The notes under the pieces: model-generated
Seen by the model: only the letters and a program-made list of their open reading frames with translations
Told to the model about the DNA's origin: nothing
Database searches by the model: none
DNA from: a virus
Lineage: Duplodnaviria; Heunggongvirae; Uroviricota; Caudoviricetes
IMG/VR virus record: IMGVR_UViG_2563366845_000003
Location: 1-40,875 of that record
Reading direction: 5' to 3' (one strand)
DNA: 40,875 nucleotides
In this document: positions 8,369 to 16,403 of the stretch, in pieces
How the letters are laid out: the number at the start of each line of letters is the position of its first letter
Position numbering within the stretch: position 1 is the first letter of the stretch
Program-made: the position numbers and the translations under genes

Positions 8369-8504
8369 ATTAATTCCTCTCAAATAAGTGGTTTGCTGCC
8401 TAATTTCATTTTCTGGCGACCAACACAAGTCACACCCATTTCACTGCGTGGCTTGCGGTAGTAAATAGGGTTATTTATGTCATTAAAAACCAGCATGAGC
8501 GTGG

Positions 8505-8783
8505 TTATTTTTTCTTTCCAAGAGATGGAAGCCCTCCAGAATAATCTGGACCACTTGAACGATGCATTTGATACAATATTGCGTTTTTTATTGCGTTTTT
8601 GTTGGCGTTTAGTGGCTTTGTTGCGAAAGAAATTTTTTCTCGTTTTACATCTCTTATCATCATCAACTCACGTTCTGATGCTTTTGGATGATAATCATTG
8701 ATATGCTTCCATGCTGCCTTGGCGCTGAATTTTCTTCCACATAAAGGGCAATAGCATTTATATGATACTTGTTTGCTAGTCAT
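8505..8783 (-). CDS. Small C2H2-like zinc-finger protein (92 aa)
   Basis: Motif C-P-L-C-x11-H-x4-H (CPLCGRKFSAKAAWKHINDYH); ATG 2 nt after the N stop codon. Confidence 0.6.
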   Translation of the reverse strand: MTSKQVSYKCYCPLCGRKFSAKAAWKHINDYHPKASERELMMIRDVKREKISFATKPLNANKNAIKNAILYQMHRSSGPDYSGGLPSLGKKK

Positions 8784-8785
8784 TT

Positions 8786-9094
8786 CTATCTCGCCGTAAT
8801 TGATTTCATTGACCTGTAACCAGCAGCATACAGTGCAACTTCAGGCAAACAAACGCTTCCGCCATTCGCATCTGTATTTGATTTACTGATGATGCCGAGT
8901 GATATTGCTTTTTCAGAAAGACTTAAACGCTTTCTCGGTTCTTCCTGAACAGCTTCCTCACTGTCTGTGCCGAAGATCGAATCGATGATGTTGCAGATGG
9001 AATCACGCTCGATAGCCAGCTTTCTGCGCCGCTCATGACGGCGAGTTTTGGCATTTCCTGCAAATGTTGATTTTCCGTACACGATTACCGTCAT
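8786..9094 (-). CDS. N: Antitermination protein N, P22 type (gene 24 homolog)
   Basis: 102 aa starting MTVIVYGKSTFAGNAKTRRHERRRKLAIER; GNAKTRRHERRRKLAIER is the P22 N arginine-rich boxB-binding peptide; GAGGA Shine-Dalgarno; the track ORF over-extends upstream. Confidence 0.85.
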   Translation of the reverse strand: MTVIVYGKSTFAGNAKTRRHERRRKLAIERDSICNIIDSIFGTDSEEAVQEEPRKRLSLSEKAISLGIISKSNTDANGGSVCLPEVALYAAGYRSMKSITAR

Positions 9095-9213
9095 GATGTT
9101 TTCCTCATGTGAAATGGCTTTGGTGGTGATGCGCCAGGTGCTGATCTTCTGGTTGCTGTCGTTGCAGCTGCAATTCACATCACCGCCAAACCCATCTCGT
9201 TTGGTATCTGTTT

Positions 9214-9247
9214 GCGCTTTGTCAGCGCCCCATCGAAGTTAAAGAGC
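9214..9247 (-). promoter_or_regulatory. nutL site (boxA GCTCTTTAAC, 9 nt spacer, boxB GCGCTGACAAAGCGC)
   Basis: On the minus strand boxB is identical to P22 nutL boxB; boxA matches the CGCTCTTTA-type consensus; lies in the pL leader upstream of N. Confidence 0.8.
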
Positions 9248-9293
9248 CTGCCAATCTGTTCCGTTTGGCTACCAGCGTCCTGCTGATGGCTAA

Positions 9294-9322
9294 ATAGTAC
9301 GATGTGTACTTTAATGAGTCAA
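9294..9322 (-). promoter_or_regulatory. pL promoter (-35 TTGACT, 17 bp spacer, -10 TACTAT) with overlapping OL operator palindrome AGTACGATGTGTACT
   Basis: Hexamers on the minus strand at 9317..9322 and 9294..9299; palindrome AGTAC-N5-GTACT at 9296..9310 overlaps the -10; a related element sits in OR. Confidence 0.6.
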
Positions 9323-9385
9323 TACAAAATGTTCTAAATGTGGTTGGTTTTTTATAACACTTTGTATTTTATTGATTTATATTTT

Positions 9386-9417
9386 GGAAAAAGAAAACCC
9401 GACGCTAAGGTCGGGTT
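9386..9417 (-). terminator. Intrinsic terminator downstream of cI
   Basis: Hairpin CCCGAC-loop-GTCGGG with a T-rich run on the minus strand (TTTTCTTTTTCC); T-rich on the plus side too, so possibly bidirectional. Confidence 0.65.
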
Positions 9418-9447
9418 ATTGTTGTGTGTTTTAGAGTGGTGAGGCTG

Positions 9448-10107
9448 TTAACTAAATGTCTCTTCAGGCCACTGGCTGGCGATAACTTTCCCTACTACGG
9501 AACAGCTATCATTGCATGGGATCATTGGATATTGCGGGTTTAGTGGTTGTAGGAACACCTGACCGCTATCCCTGATCAGTTTCTTGAAGGTAAACTCGTC
9601 ACCGCCAAGTCTGGCTATGCAGAAATCTCCTGGCTCAACAGCCTGCTCAGGGTCAACGAGAATTAACATTCCGTCAGGAAAGCTTGGCTTGGATCCTGTT
9701 GGTGCGGTCATGGAATTACCTTCAACTTCAAGCCAAAACGCACAATCACTGGCTTTTTTGGTTGTGCTGACCCATCTCTCCGCATCACCTTTGGTAAAGG
9801 TTCTAAGCTCAGGCGAGAACATCCCGGCCTGAACATGAGAAAAAACAGGGTACTCATATTGTTTTTTAACGGGGGCAGATGAGTATTCGCCAACAGGTGA
9901 AAATGTACCGTCGTGGTTGAATGAGACGTTATCAATACCAAGGTATTTAAACACCACACCAATCTCGTCAAGAGATGGATGACGAGATCCGCGCAACCAG
10001 TGACCAATTCCACCCTGCGTCATACCAAGCTCTTCAGCTAACTTCTCTTGAGTTATGCCGAGCTCTTTCATTCTGGATCTAGCCAGTTCATACCATTTCA
10101 TTTTCAT
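9448..10107 (-). CDS. cI: CI-type prophage repressor (HTH N-terminal domain plus lambda-like S24 LexA-type autopeptidase C-terminal domain)
   Basis: C-terminal 130 aa nearly identical to lambda CI ([38 protein letters not shown] ... QWPEETF); N-terminal DNA-binding domain is different; ATG 10105..10107 with AAGGA Shine-Dalgarno; the track ORF over-extends to 10182. Confidence 0.85.
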   Translation of the reverse strand: MKMKWYELARSRMKELGITQEKLAEELGMTQGGIGHWLRGSRHPSLDEIGVVFKYLGIDNVSFNHDGTFSPVGEYSSAPVKKQYEYPVFSHVQAGMFSPELRTFTKGDAERWVSTTKKASDCAFWLEVEGNSMTAPTGSKPSFPDGMLILVDPEQAVEPGDFCIARLGGDEFTFKKLIRDSGQVFLQPLNPQYPMIPCNDSCSVVGKVIASQWPEETFS

Positions 10108-10163
10108 ATCCTTATTATTACGCTCTGTACTAAAACCATCCATGCACAAGATGTATTTTTTGT

Positions 10164-10192
10164 TTGCATTCCAAAAGTACATATCGTATTAT
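10164..10192 (+). promoter_or_regulatory. pR promoter (-35 TTGCAT, 17 bp spacer, -10 TATTAT) with overlapping OR operator-like element AGTACATATCGTATT
   Basis: Hexamers at 10164..10169 and 10187..10192; AGTAC-containing element at 10176..10190 resembles the OL palindrome. Confidence 0.55.
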
Positions 10193-10218
10193 TGTTTCAT
10201 GGTTACTATGGAGGGCAT

Positions 10219-10434
10219 ATGAGCAACCTACGAAAATATCGAGAGTCACTGAATATCTCTCAAACAACACTTGCTAAGGCAGTTGGATGCACACAGGGAG
10301 CTATCGGGCATTGGGAATCTGGTCGTCGCTTCCCAGACCTTAAAACATGCCGTGCTCTTGTTGCGTGCCTAAACAAGTTAGGCGCAAAAGTAAGTCTTGA
10401 TGACGTGTTCCCGCCTGAACACAAAGCCGCTTAA
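10219..10434 (+). CDS. cro: Cro-like HTH repressor (71 aa)
   Basis: MSNLRKYRESLNISQTTLAKAVGCTQGAIGHWESGRRF, an XRE/Cro-type HTH; GGAGGG Shine-Dalgarno; divergent from cI; the track ORF over-extends upstream. Confidence 0.8.
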   Translation: MSNLRKYRESLNISQTTLAKAVGCTQGAIGHWESGRRFPDLKTCRALVACLNKLGAKVSLDDVFPPEHKAA

Positions 10435-10444
10435 TAAGCGGATC

Positions 10445-10479
10445 CGCTCTTTATCAATCTGCACCGCCGACAACGCGGT
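10445..10479 (+). promoter_or_regulatory. nutR site (boxA CGCTCTTTA; boxB ACCGCCGACAACGCGGT)
   Basis: boxA at 10445..10453; boxB hairpin at 10463..10479 with a 5 bp stem and 7 nt loop, recalled as P22 nutR type; between cro and cII. Confidence 0.7.
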
Positions 10480-10543
10480 AACTAATTAATCACTCATCGA
10501 AAAATGAGTATTAGTGATTATTTACCTATGGAAATAGTAAGAA

Positions 10544-10840
10544 ATGGAACAAACAAGTTATAGCAAACTATCACAGCGCGACGTTGATCGCGCAGAAACA
10601 GATTTACTCATCAACCTGTCAACGCTTACCCAGCGCGGTCTGGCAAAGATGATTGGCTGTCATGAATCGAAGATAAGCAGAACGGACTGGAGATTTATTG
10701 CTTCGGTCTTGTGTGCTTTCGGAATGGCATCAGACATCAGTCCGATTAGCAGGGCTTTTAAGTATGCGCTTGATGAAATCACAAAGAAAAAATCCCCGGC
10801 CGCCACCGAGGATTTTAAGCAAATTGATATGCAATTCTGA
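10544..10840 (+). CDS. cII: CII-like transcriptional activator
   Basis: 98 aa; C-terminus [18 protein letters not shown] resembles lambda CII (KKRPAATERSEQIQMEF); HTH region [14 protein letters not shown]. Confidence 0.8.
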   Translation: MEQTSYSKLSQRDVDRAETDLLINLSTLTQRGLAKMIGCHESKISRTDWRFIASVLCAFGMASDISPISRAFKYALDEITKKKSPAATEDFKQIDMQF

Positions 10841-10863
10841 GGGAATTACTGGATCAATCCACA
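10787..10863 (-). ncRNA. OOP-like antisense RNA (about 77 nt) overlapping the 3' end of cII
   Basis: Minus-strand terminator CCUCGG-uggcgg-CCGGGG followed by AUUUUUU at 10787..10811; candidate pO -10 CATAAT at 10870..10875 puts the 5' end near 10863; the 54 nt overlap with cII mirrors lambda OOP. Confidence 0.45.
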
Positions 10864-10872
10864 GGAGTCATT

Positions 10873-11019
10873 ATGACAAAACAACTCAGTCCTTACCAGG
10901 ACAAAATTCACAAACACATACTACGTGATCGCTTCCTGTCCAGCTTCAAGCAGCCTGGTCGATTCCGGGCTGAGTTGGAAAAAGTGAAGCTGATGCAGAA
11001 GGAGAAAGGTCATGAGTAA
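10873..11019 (+). CDS. Small hypothetical protein (48 aa) between cII and O
   Basis: ATG at 10873 with AGGAG Shine-Dalgarno; [48 protein letters not shown]; stop overlaps the O start; overlaps the predicted pO/OOP 5' end, so uncertain. Confidence 0.35.
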   Translation: MTKQLSPYQDKIHKHILRDRFLSSFKQPGRFRAELEKVKLMQKEKGHE

Positions 11020-11911
11020 CATATCTAATCTAGCCGAAGCCAGAGAGGCCAGAAGGCTACAACAACCGCATCAAAGCAGCGGTAAGGGGTATGCCTTGCT
11101 GCACCGTAAAATTATGGATGTGCCGTTTTACAAGGACGCAGAAGCAGCGCATCTGTGGGTTCACTTAATCCTCAAAGCAAAGCATACGCCTGAGTATGTA
11201 ATGACTGACGCAGGAGAAATTCTGGTAGGCAGAGGGAAGCTACTTGGCGGTAGAAACTCTCTGGCGTTTGAAACAGGACTCAAACCAGATCGCGTTCAGT
11301 ACCTGCTTAGAAAGTTCAAAAAACTCGGCATGATTGACTGGGTTTCACACGGTAAATTCTCAGTTTTCTCGGTAGAGAAATATGACGATTATCAGTCAAA
11401 TTTTGTACCAGCAGATTACCAGCAAATTACCACCTCAAAGCCAGCAATACCAATGGCTGCAAGCAATACTGTACCAGCAGATTACCAGCAAATTACCACA
11501 GATAAAGAATATAATAATATTATCTCTAATACTGACGTATTAGAGAGTACCGCAGCAGACAAAAAGTCTGACAAGAAAAAACCTTCCGTTAGCTGTCAGG
11601 ATGTTGTCGATGCTTACCACGAAATCCTTCCTGAAGCGCCAAGAATCCGCGCACTGAATGACAAGCGTAAAAACCAGATCCGAACGTTCTGGCGCAAAGC
11701 CGGAGTGATAACCCGCCAGCTTGACGGGCATGGGTTCACGATGCAGGACTGGAGAAATTATTTGAGCTACGTAGGCGAAAATTGTCGATGGATGTTCGAA
11801 GAGCGCCCAAACCATCAGCGCGGAACCGTCTGGCACAAAAAGGGATTTGATTTCCTGCTTAACGATAATACCTACCTGAAAGTTCGTGAGGGTGAACACG
11901 ATGACCGATAA
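11012..11911 (+). CDS. O: Replication initiation protein (lambda O / P22 gp18 functional class)
   Basis: 299 aa; position after cII; contains the ori-like iteron array; internal tandem [10 protein letters not shown] peptide repeat. Confidence 0.7.
   Translation: MSNISNLAEAREARRLQQPHQSSGKGYALLHRKIMDVPFYKDAEAAHLWVHLILKAKHTPEYVMTDAGEILVGRGKLLGGRNSLAFETGLKPDRVQYLLRKFKKLGMIDWVSHGKFSVFSVEKYDDYQSNFVPADYQQITTSKPAIPMAASNTVPADYQQITTDKEYNNIISNTDVLESTAADKKSDKKKPSVSCQDVVDAYHEILPEAPRIRALNDKRKNQIRTFWRKAGVITRQLDGHGFTMQDWRNYLSYVGENCRWMFEERPNHQRGTVWHKKGFDFLLNDNTYLKVREGEHDDR
11404..11537. repeat. Putative replication origin: two 29 bp direct repeats (iteron-like, ATTACC units) followed by an AT-rich block
   Basis: GTACCAGCAGATTACCAGCAAATTACCAC at 11404..11432 and 11470..11498; then gataaagaatataataatattatctctaatactg; same architecture as lambda ori inside O. 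Confidence 0.55.
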
Positions 11912-13337
11912 TTTTTATTCGCCGCCAAATAGCATCGAGGCAGAGCAGGCGGTGATTGGTGGATTGCTTCTGGATGATGACAGCAGTGAGCGCGTCCAGA
12001 AAGTTCTGGCGATGCTGAAGCCTGACTCATTTTACAGCCGGCCACACAAAATCCTTTTCGAAGAAATAACCAGAATGCACCGGGAGCAAAAGCCAGTAGA
12101 TGGCCTGACGCTTTTCGATGAACTGGAGCGTAAATCGTTAACGGCGTCTGTTGGCGGTTTTGCTTATATCGCTGAGATCGCAAAGAACACGCCAAGCGCA
12201 GCAAACATCGTTGCCTATGCAATGCAGGTTCGTGAAACCGCAATGGAACGCTACGCCATCAACCGCATGACTGAAGCGACGGAATTGCTCTATTCCCGCA
12301 ACGGAATGACTGCAACGCAGAAGTACGAAGCTATTCAGTCGATTTTCACGCAACTGACAGACCATGCAAAAACCGGATCGCGTCGCGGCCTTCGTTCATT
12401 TGGTGAGGTCATGGAAGACTGGGTTAGCGACCTTGAGAAGCGATTTGACCCATCAGGCGAACAACGGGGAATGAGCACAGGGATCCCATCGCTGGACAGG
12501 ATGCTGTCACCGAAAGGTCTGGTGAAAGGCTCTCTGTTTGTCATTGGCGCTCGCCCTAAGATGGGGAAAACGACGCTATACAGCCAGATGGCAATCAATT
12601 GCGCAGTGCATGAGAAAAAGCCCGCTTTGATGTTCAGCCTTGAAATGCCAGGTGATCAGATACTGGAAAAACTGGTAGGGCAGAAGTCTGGTGTTAACCC
12701 GAATATTTTTTACCTTCCGGCGACAAATGACGCTGATGACGGCTATCAGGGTGATTACGATGGTGACTTCAACAGGGCGATCGAAACAGCCAATCGCTTG
12801 AGTGAAATCGACCTGCTTTACATCGACGACACGCCGGGATTATCTCTGGCTCAAATCGTCAGCGAAAGTCGTCGAATCAAGCGAGAAAAAGGATGTGTTG
12901 GCATGATTCTGGTCGATTACCTGACACTAATGACCGCTGAGAAGGCCGATCGCAACGACCTTGCTTACGGCATGATCACCAAAGGACTGAAGAACCTTGC
13001 CAAAGAGCTTGATTGTGTTGTTGTGCTTCTGACACAGCTTAACCGCGCACTGGAAAGCCGAACCAATAAACGCCCATTACCAAGTGACTCCCGAGATACA
13101 GGGCAGATTGAACAGGATTGCGATTATTGGGTTGGGATCCATCGTGAAGGTGCTTTTGATGACAGTGTTCCACCTGGTGAAACTGAACTAATCCTTCGTC
13201 TCAATCGTCATGGCAATACCGGCACGGTGTATTGCATTCAGGCAAATGGCGCTATTTATGACACAGACCAACAGTCTGCTGAAATGCGCCGCCGTGAACG
13301 CGAGGAACCGCAATCCAAGAAGAAAGGAGGATTCTGA
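11901..13337 (+). CDS. Replicative DNA helicase, DnaB family (P22 gp12-like)
   Basis: Walker A GARPKMGKTT; DnaB-like N-terminal domain; ATG 11901 overlapping the O stop; the track ORF begins at an upstream GTG. Confidence 0.85.
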   Translation: MTDNFYSPPNSIEAEQAVIGGLLLDDDSSERVQKVLAMLKPDSFYSRPHKILFEEITRMHREQKPVDGLTLFDELERKSLTASVGGFAYIAEIAKNTPSAANIVAYAMQVRETAMERYAINRMTEATELLYSRNGMTATQKYEAIQSIFTQLTDHAKTGSRRGLRSFGEVMEDWVSDLEKRFDPSGEQRGMSTGIPSLDRMLSPKGLVKGSLFVIGARPKMGKTTLYSQMAINCAVHEKKPALMFSLEMPGDQILEKLVGQKSGVNPNIFYLPATNDADDGYQGDYDGDFNRAIETANRLSEIDLLYIDDTPGLSLAQIVSESRRIKREKGCVGMILVDYLTLMTAEKADRNDLAYGMITKGLKNLAKELDCVVVLLTQLNRALESRTNKRPLPSDSRDTGQIEQDCDYWVGIHREGAFDDSVPPGETELILRLNRHGNTGTVYCIQANGAIYDTDQQSAEMRRREREEPQSKKKGGF

Positions 13338-13364
13338 TGACCATCTACATCACTGAGCTAATAA

Positions 13365-13396
13365 CAGGCCTGCTGGTAATCGCAGGCCTTTTTATT
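13365..13396 (+). terminator. Intrinsic terminator between the replication genes and the nin region (tR2-like)
   Basis: AGGCCTGC-tggtaatc-GCAGGCCT followed by TTTTTATTT. Confidence 0.7.
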
Positions 13397-13413
13397 TGGG
13401 GGAGAGGGAAGTC

Positions 13414-13854
13414 ATGAAAAAACTAACCTTTGAAATTCGATCTCCAGCACATCAGCAAAACGCTATTCACGCAGTACAGCAAATCCTTCCAGACCCAACC
13501 AAGCCAATCGTAGTGATCATTCAGGAGCGCAACCGCAGCTTAGACCAGAATCGAAAGCTTTGGGCTTGCCTTGGTGACGTTTCGCGTCAGGTTGAATGGC
13601 ATGGTCGCTGGCTGGATGCAGAAAGCTGGAAGTGTGTGTTTACCGCAGCATTAAAGCAGCAGGACGTTGTTCCTAACCTTGCCGGGAATGGCTTTGTGGT
13701 AATAGGCCAGTCAACCAGCAGGATGCGTGTAAGCGAATTTGCGGAGTTATTAGAGCTTATACAGGCATTCGGTACAGAGCGTGGCGTTAAGTGGTCAGAC
13801 GAAGCGCGACTGGCTCTGGAGTGGAAAGCGAGATGGGGAGACAGTGCTGCATGA
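13414..13854 (+). CDS. ninB: NinB (Orf-family recombination mediator)
   Basis: MKKLTFEIRSPAHQQNAIHAVQQILPDPTKPIVV ... near-identical to lambda NinB; GGAGAGGG Shine-Dalgarno. Confidence 0.92.
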   Translation: MKKLTFEIRSPAHQQNAIHAVQQILPDPTKPIVVIIQERNRSLDQNRKLWACLGDVSRQVEWHGRWLDAESWKCVFTAALKQQDVVPNLAGNGFVVIGQSTSRMRVSEFAELLELIQAFGTERGVKWSDEARLALEWKARWGDSAA

Positions 13855-14378
13855 CTATCAAATCAAATACGCCAGCACACGACAAGGACTGCTGGCAAAC
13901 GCCGCTCTGGCTTTTTGATGCACTGGATATTGAGTTTGGATTCTGGCTGGATTCGGCAGCGAGCGACAAAAATGCTCTGTGCGCTCACTGGCTAACTGAG
14001 GCTGACAACGCGCTCAATTCTGAGTGGATAAGCCACGGTGCAATCTGGAATAACCCACCGTACAGCAATATCAGGCCGTGGGTGGAAAAAGCCGCTGAGC
14101 AGTGCATACAACAGCGACAGACGGTAGTGATGCTTGTGCCAGAGGATATGTCAGTCGGATGGTTCAGCAAGGCTCTGGAGAGTGTTGACGAAGTTCGTAT
14201 TATCACTGATGGACGGATTAATTTTATCGAACCATCGACAGGGCTGGAGAAAAAGGGAAACAGCAAAGGCTCCATGCTGCTGATTTGGCGACCGTTCATC
14301 AGTCCTCGACGGATGTTTACTACCGTATCCAAAGCGGCATTGATGGCGATCGGGCAGGGCGTCAGGAGGGCAGCATGA
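13851..14378 (+). CDS. dam: Phage DNA N6-adenine methyltransferase (Dam-like)
   Basis: NPPY catalytic motif (WNNPPYSN); ATG overlaps the ninB stop (ATGA). Confidence 0.75.
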   Translation: MTIKSNTPAHDKDCWQTPLWLFDALDIEFGFWLDSAASDKNALCAHWLTEADNALNSEWISHGAIWNNPPYSNIRPWVEKAAEQCIQQRQTVVMLVPEDMSVGWFSKALESVDEVRIITDGRINFIEPSTGLEKKGNSKGSMLLIWRPFISPRRMFTTVSKAALMAIGQGVRRAA

Positions 14379-14551
14379 GACGACAGCGACGAAGTATCAC
14401 CGACATCATCTGCGAAAACTGCAAATACCTTCCAACGAAGCGCTCCAGAAATAAATGCAAGCCAATCCCAAAAGAATCTGACGTAAAAACATTCAACTAC
14501 ACGGCTCACCTGTGGGATATCCGGTGGCTAAGACATCGTGCGAGGAAATGA
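14375..14551 (+). CDS. ninE: NinE
   Basis: [58 protein letters not shown] matches lambda NinE. Confidence 0.9.
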   Translation: MRRQRRSITDIICENCKYLPTKRSRNKCKPIPKESDVKTFNYTAHLWDIRWLRHRARK

Positions 14552-14913
14552 CAATGGATTATTCACAGTTAAGTGATTTTGAAATTAACGTGGCGGTATT
14601 CGAAGCCATTCATAACGGATCACCTGATTACAAAGAAGGTGAGAATGGCGATATGGTGTTTGTCTCATTTGAGGGAGACATTGTAAACGGAGACGCAGTT
14701 GAAGTAGAAGTTGAGCGCGGATCATTTAACCCATGCGTAAACCCAGCAGACGCATGGCCGATTATTGAAAAATACAGGATTAGCATTATCAATCTCGATG
14801 AAGACGAGTGGGGTGCACGCGGTGTGGCCTACTGTAAATCTAAGCGAGCTATACATGAAAATCCCCTCCGCGCCGCCATGATTGTCTTTCTCATGATGCA
14901 GAGAATCCAATAA
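14548..14913 (+). CDS. Nin-region protein (NinX / DUF2591-like), hypothetical
   Basis: 121 aa from ATG 14548 ([36 protein letters not shown]); family name recalled, not verified. Confidence 0.5.
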   Translation: MTMDYSQLSDFEINVAVFEAIHNGSPDYKEGENGDMVFVSFEGDIVNGDAVEVEVERGSFNPCVNPADAWPIIEKYRISIINLDEDEWGARGVAYCKSKRAIHENPLRAAMIVFLMMQRIQ

Positions 14914-15089
14914 TGCTTAGCCCATCCCAATCCCTTCAATACCAGAAAGAAAGCGTCGAGCGAGCTTTAACGTGCGCTAACTGCGGTCAGAAGCTGCATG
15001 TGCTGGAAGTTCATGTGTGTGAGCACTGCTGCGCAGAACTGATGAGCGATCCGAATAGCTCAATGTACGAGGAAGAAGACGATGAGTGA
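14913..15089 (+). CDS. ninF: NinF
   Basis: 58 aa [50 protein letters not shown] matches lambda NinF; below the ORF-track cut-off. Confidence 0.85.
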   Translation: MLSPSQSLQYQKESVERALTCANCGQKLHVLEVHVCEHCCAELMSDPNSSMYEEEDDE

Positions 15090-15591
15090 TGTTAAAGAAA
15101 AAGATATCCCCGGCTTTGAGGGTATATATAAAGTAACTGAAAATGGAGACATCATTTCATGCCGTAAATCAAAAAAATTATCTCATGGTATTAAACCAGG
15201 AGGATATGCATTTGTCGGTCTGTATCCAGGTGGCGGGAAAAGACCATCATATAAAATGGTTCACAGAATTGTTGCAGAAGTATTTATTGATAACCCAGAT
15301 GGCAAACCGGAAGTTAATCACAAGGATGGAAATAAACTTAATAATAAAGTTGAAAATCTTGAGTGGGTAACGCGAACAGAAAATGCGAAACATGGATTTG
15401 ATTCCGGGTTGCTTGTTCATGGTTTTAATCATCACTTCTGCAAACTAACGCCAGAACAAGTGAAATCAATATATAAATCAAAAGGCAAATACAGAGATAT
15501 AGCCAAAGAATTTGGTGTTTGTGCGCAGACAGTGTGCAACATAAAAAACAAATCAGCGTACCGACGTTTTTTGGAGGGGATTGATGTTTAG
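15082..15591 (+). CDS. HNH homing endonuclease (NUMOD4-like N-terminus plus HNH_3-type nuclease domain)
   Basis: GFEGIYKVTENGDIIS N-terminal motif; HNH-type H/N residues (VNHKDGNKLNNKVENLEWVTRTEN); markedly AT-rich compared with neighbours. Confidence 0.75.
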   Translation: MSDVKEKDIPGFEGIYKVTENGDIISCRKSKKLSHGIKPGGYAFVGLYPGGGKRPSYKMVHRIVAEVFIDNPDGKPEVNHKDGNKLNNKVENLEWVTRTENAKHGFDSGLLVHGFNHHFCKLTPEQVKSIYKSKGKYRDIAKEFGVCAQTVCNIKNKSAYRRFLEGIDV

Positions 15592-15859
15592 AAGCAAAAA
15601 ATGGCTTCAGGCAGTCAGGGATATTGAGTTTTGCGTTCTTTGCGGAAGATACGGAGTTCAGGCCGCTCACAGAAATGAAGGGAAGGGGGTTGGGATTAAA
15701 GTAGATGATTGCCTTACTGCTGCGCTATGTGTTGATTGTCATTCAAGAATTGATAATGGGAGAGATATGAGCAGGGAAGAGCGAAGGGCTGAAATGGATC
15801 GGGCCATTGTGCTTACCCTTAAAAAATTGGTTAACAATGGGAGGGTGTTTGTCCAATGA
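15584..15859 (+). CDS. DUF1364-family protein (YbcO-like putative zinc-binding nuclease)
   Basis: Pattern C-x2-C ... AH ... C-x2-CH-x2-ID shared with E. coli DLP12 YbcO; GGAGGGGA Shine-Dalgarno. Confidence 0.55.
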   Translation: MFRSKKWLQAVRDIEFCVLCGRYGVQAAHRNEGKGVGIKVDDCLTAALCVDCHSRIDNGRDMSREERRAEMDRAIVLTLKKLVNNGRVFVQ

Positions 15860-16218
15860 ACGAATATCAGTTTGTGCTTCCATACCCGCCGTCGGTGAAT
15901 ACCTACTGGCGAAGACGGGGAAGCCAATATTACATAAGCGATAAAGGCCAGAAATACCGAAAAGACGTACAGCAAATCATCTGCCAACTCAAGTTAGACA
16001 TTTTCACCAAATCACGACTCCGCATCAAAGTCATTGCAGACGTTCCAGACTCCCGCCGCCGCGACCTCGATAACATCCTGAAGGGTTTACTCGACTCCCT
16101 TATCCATGCCGGATTTGCGGAAGACGACGAGCAATTCGATGACATTCGCGTAATTCGTGGTGTGAAAGTACCAGGCGGACGGCTTGGAATAAAAATCACT
16201 GAACTGGAGAACGTATGA
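15856..16218 (+). CDS. rusA: RusA-family Holliday junction resolvase
   Basis: LPYPPSVNTYWRRRG ... PDSRRRDLDNILKGLLDSLIHAGFAEDDEQFDDIRV ... GGRLGIKITE; conserved RusA catalytic aspartates and motif. Confidence 0.9.
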   Translation: MNEYQFVLPYPPSVNTYWRRRGSQYYISDKGQKYRKDVQQIICQLKLDIFTKSRLRIKVIADVPDSRRRDLDNILKGLLDSLIHAGFAEDDEQFDDIRVIRGVKVPGGRLGIKITELENV

Positions 16219-16403
16219 ACGCCACAATTCAAACGATACCAGAGCTTCTTATCCAGACACGAGGCAATCAGACCGAAGTGGCAAGGATGCTTTCCTGCGC
16301 AAGAGGAACAGTGCTCAAGTACAACCGAGACAGCAAAGGCGAGCGTCATGTAATAGTTAACGGCGTCCTGATGGTCAAACAGGGAAAGAGGGGAAGACGA
16401 TGA
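16215..16403 (+). CDS. Small hypothetical protein (62 aa), possibly DNA-binding
   Basis: ATG overlaps the rusA stop; basic C-terminus; HTH-like segment TEVARMLSCARGTVLKY. Confidence 0.5.
   Translation: MNATIQTIPELLIQTRGNQTEVARMLSCARGTVLKYNRDSKGERHVIVNGVLMVKQGKRGRR

Noticed and set aside
9448-10182. Track ORF for cI extending 25 codons upstream ([10 protein letters not shown]…) and track ORF 10048..10434 extending cro upstream
   Set aside because: The extensions run through the divergent promoter/operator region; proper Shine-Dalgarno sequences and homology support the internal starts at 10107 and 10219.
11540-12598. Several 75..123 aa ORFs antisense to the O and helicase genes
   Set aside because: Embedded antisense in strongly supported replication genes with no start signals.
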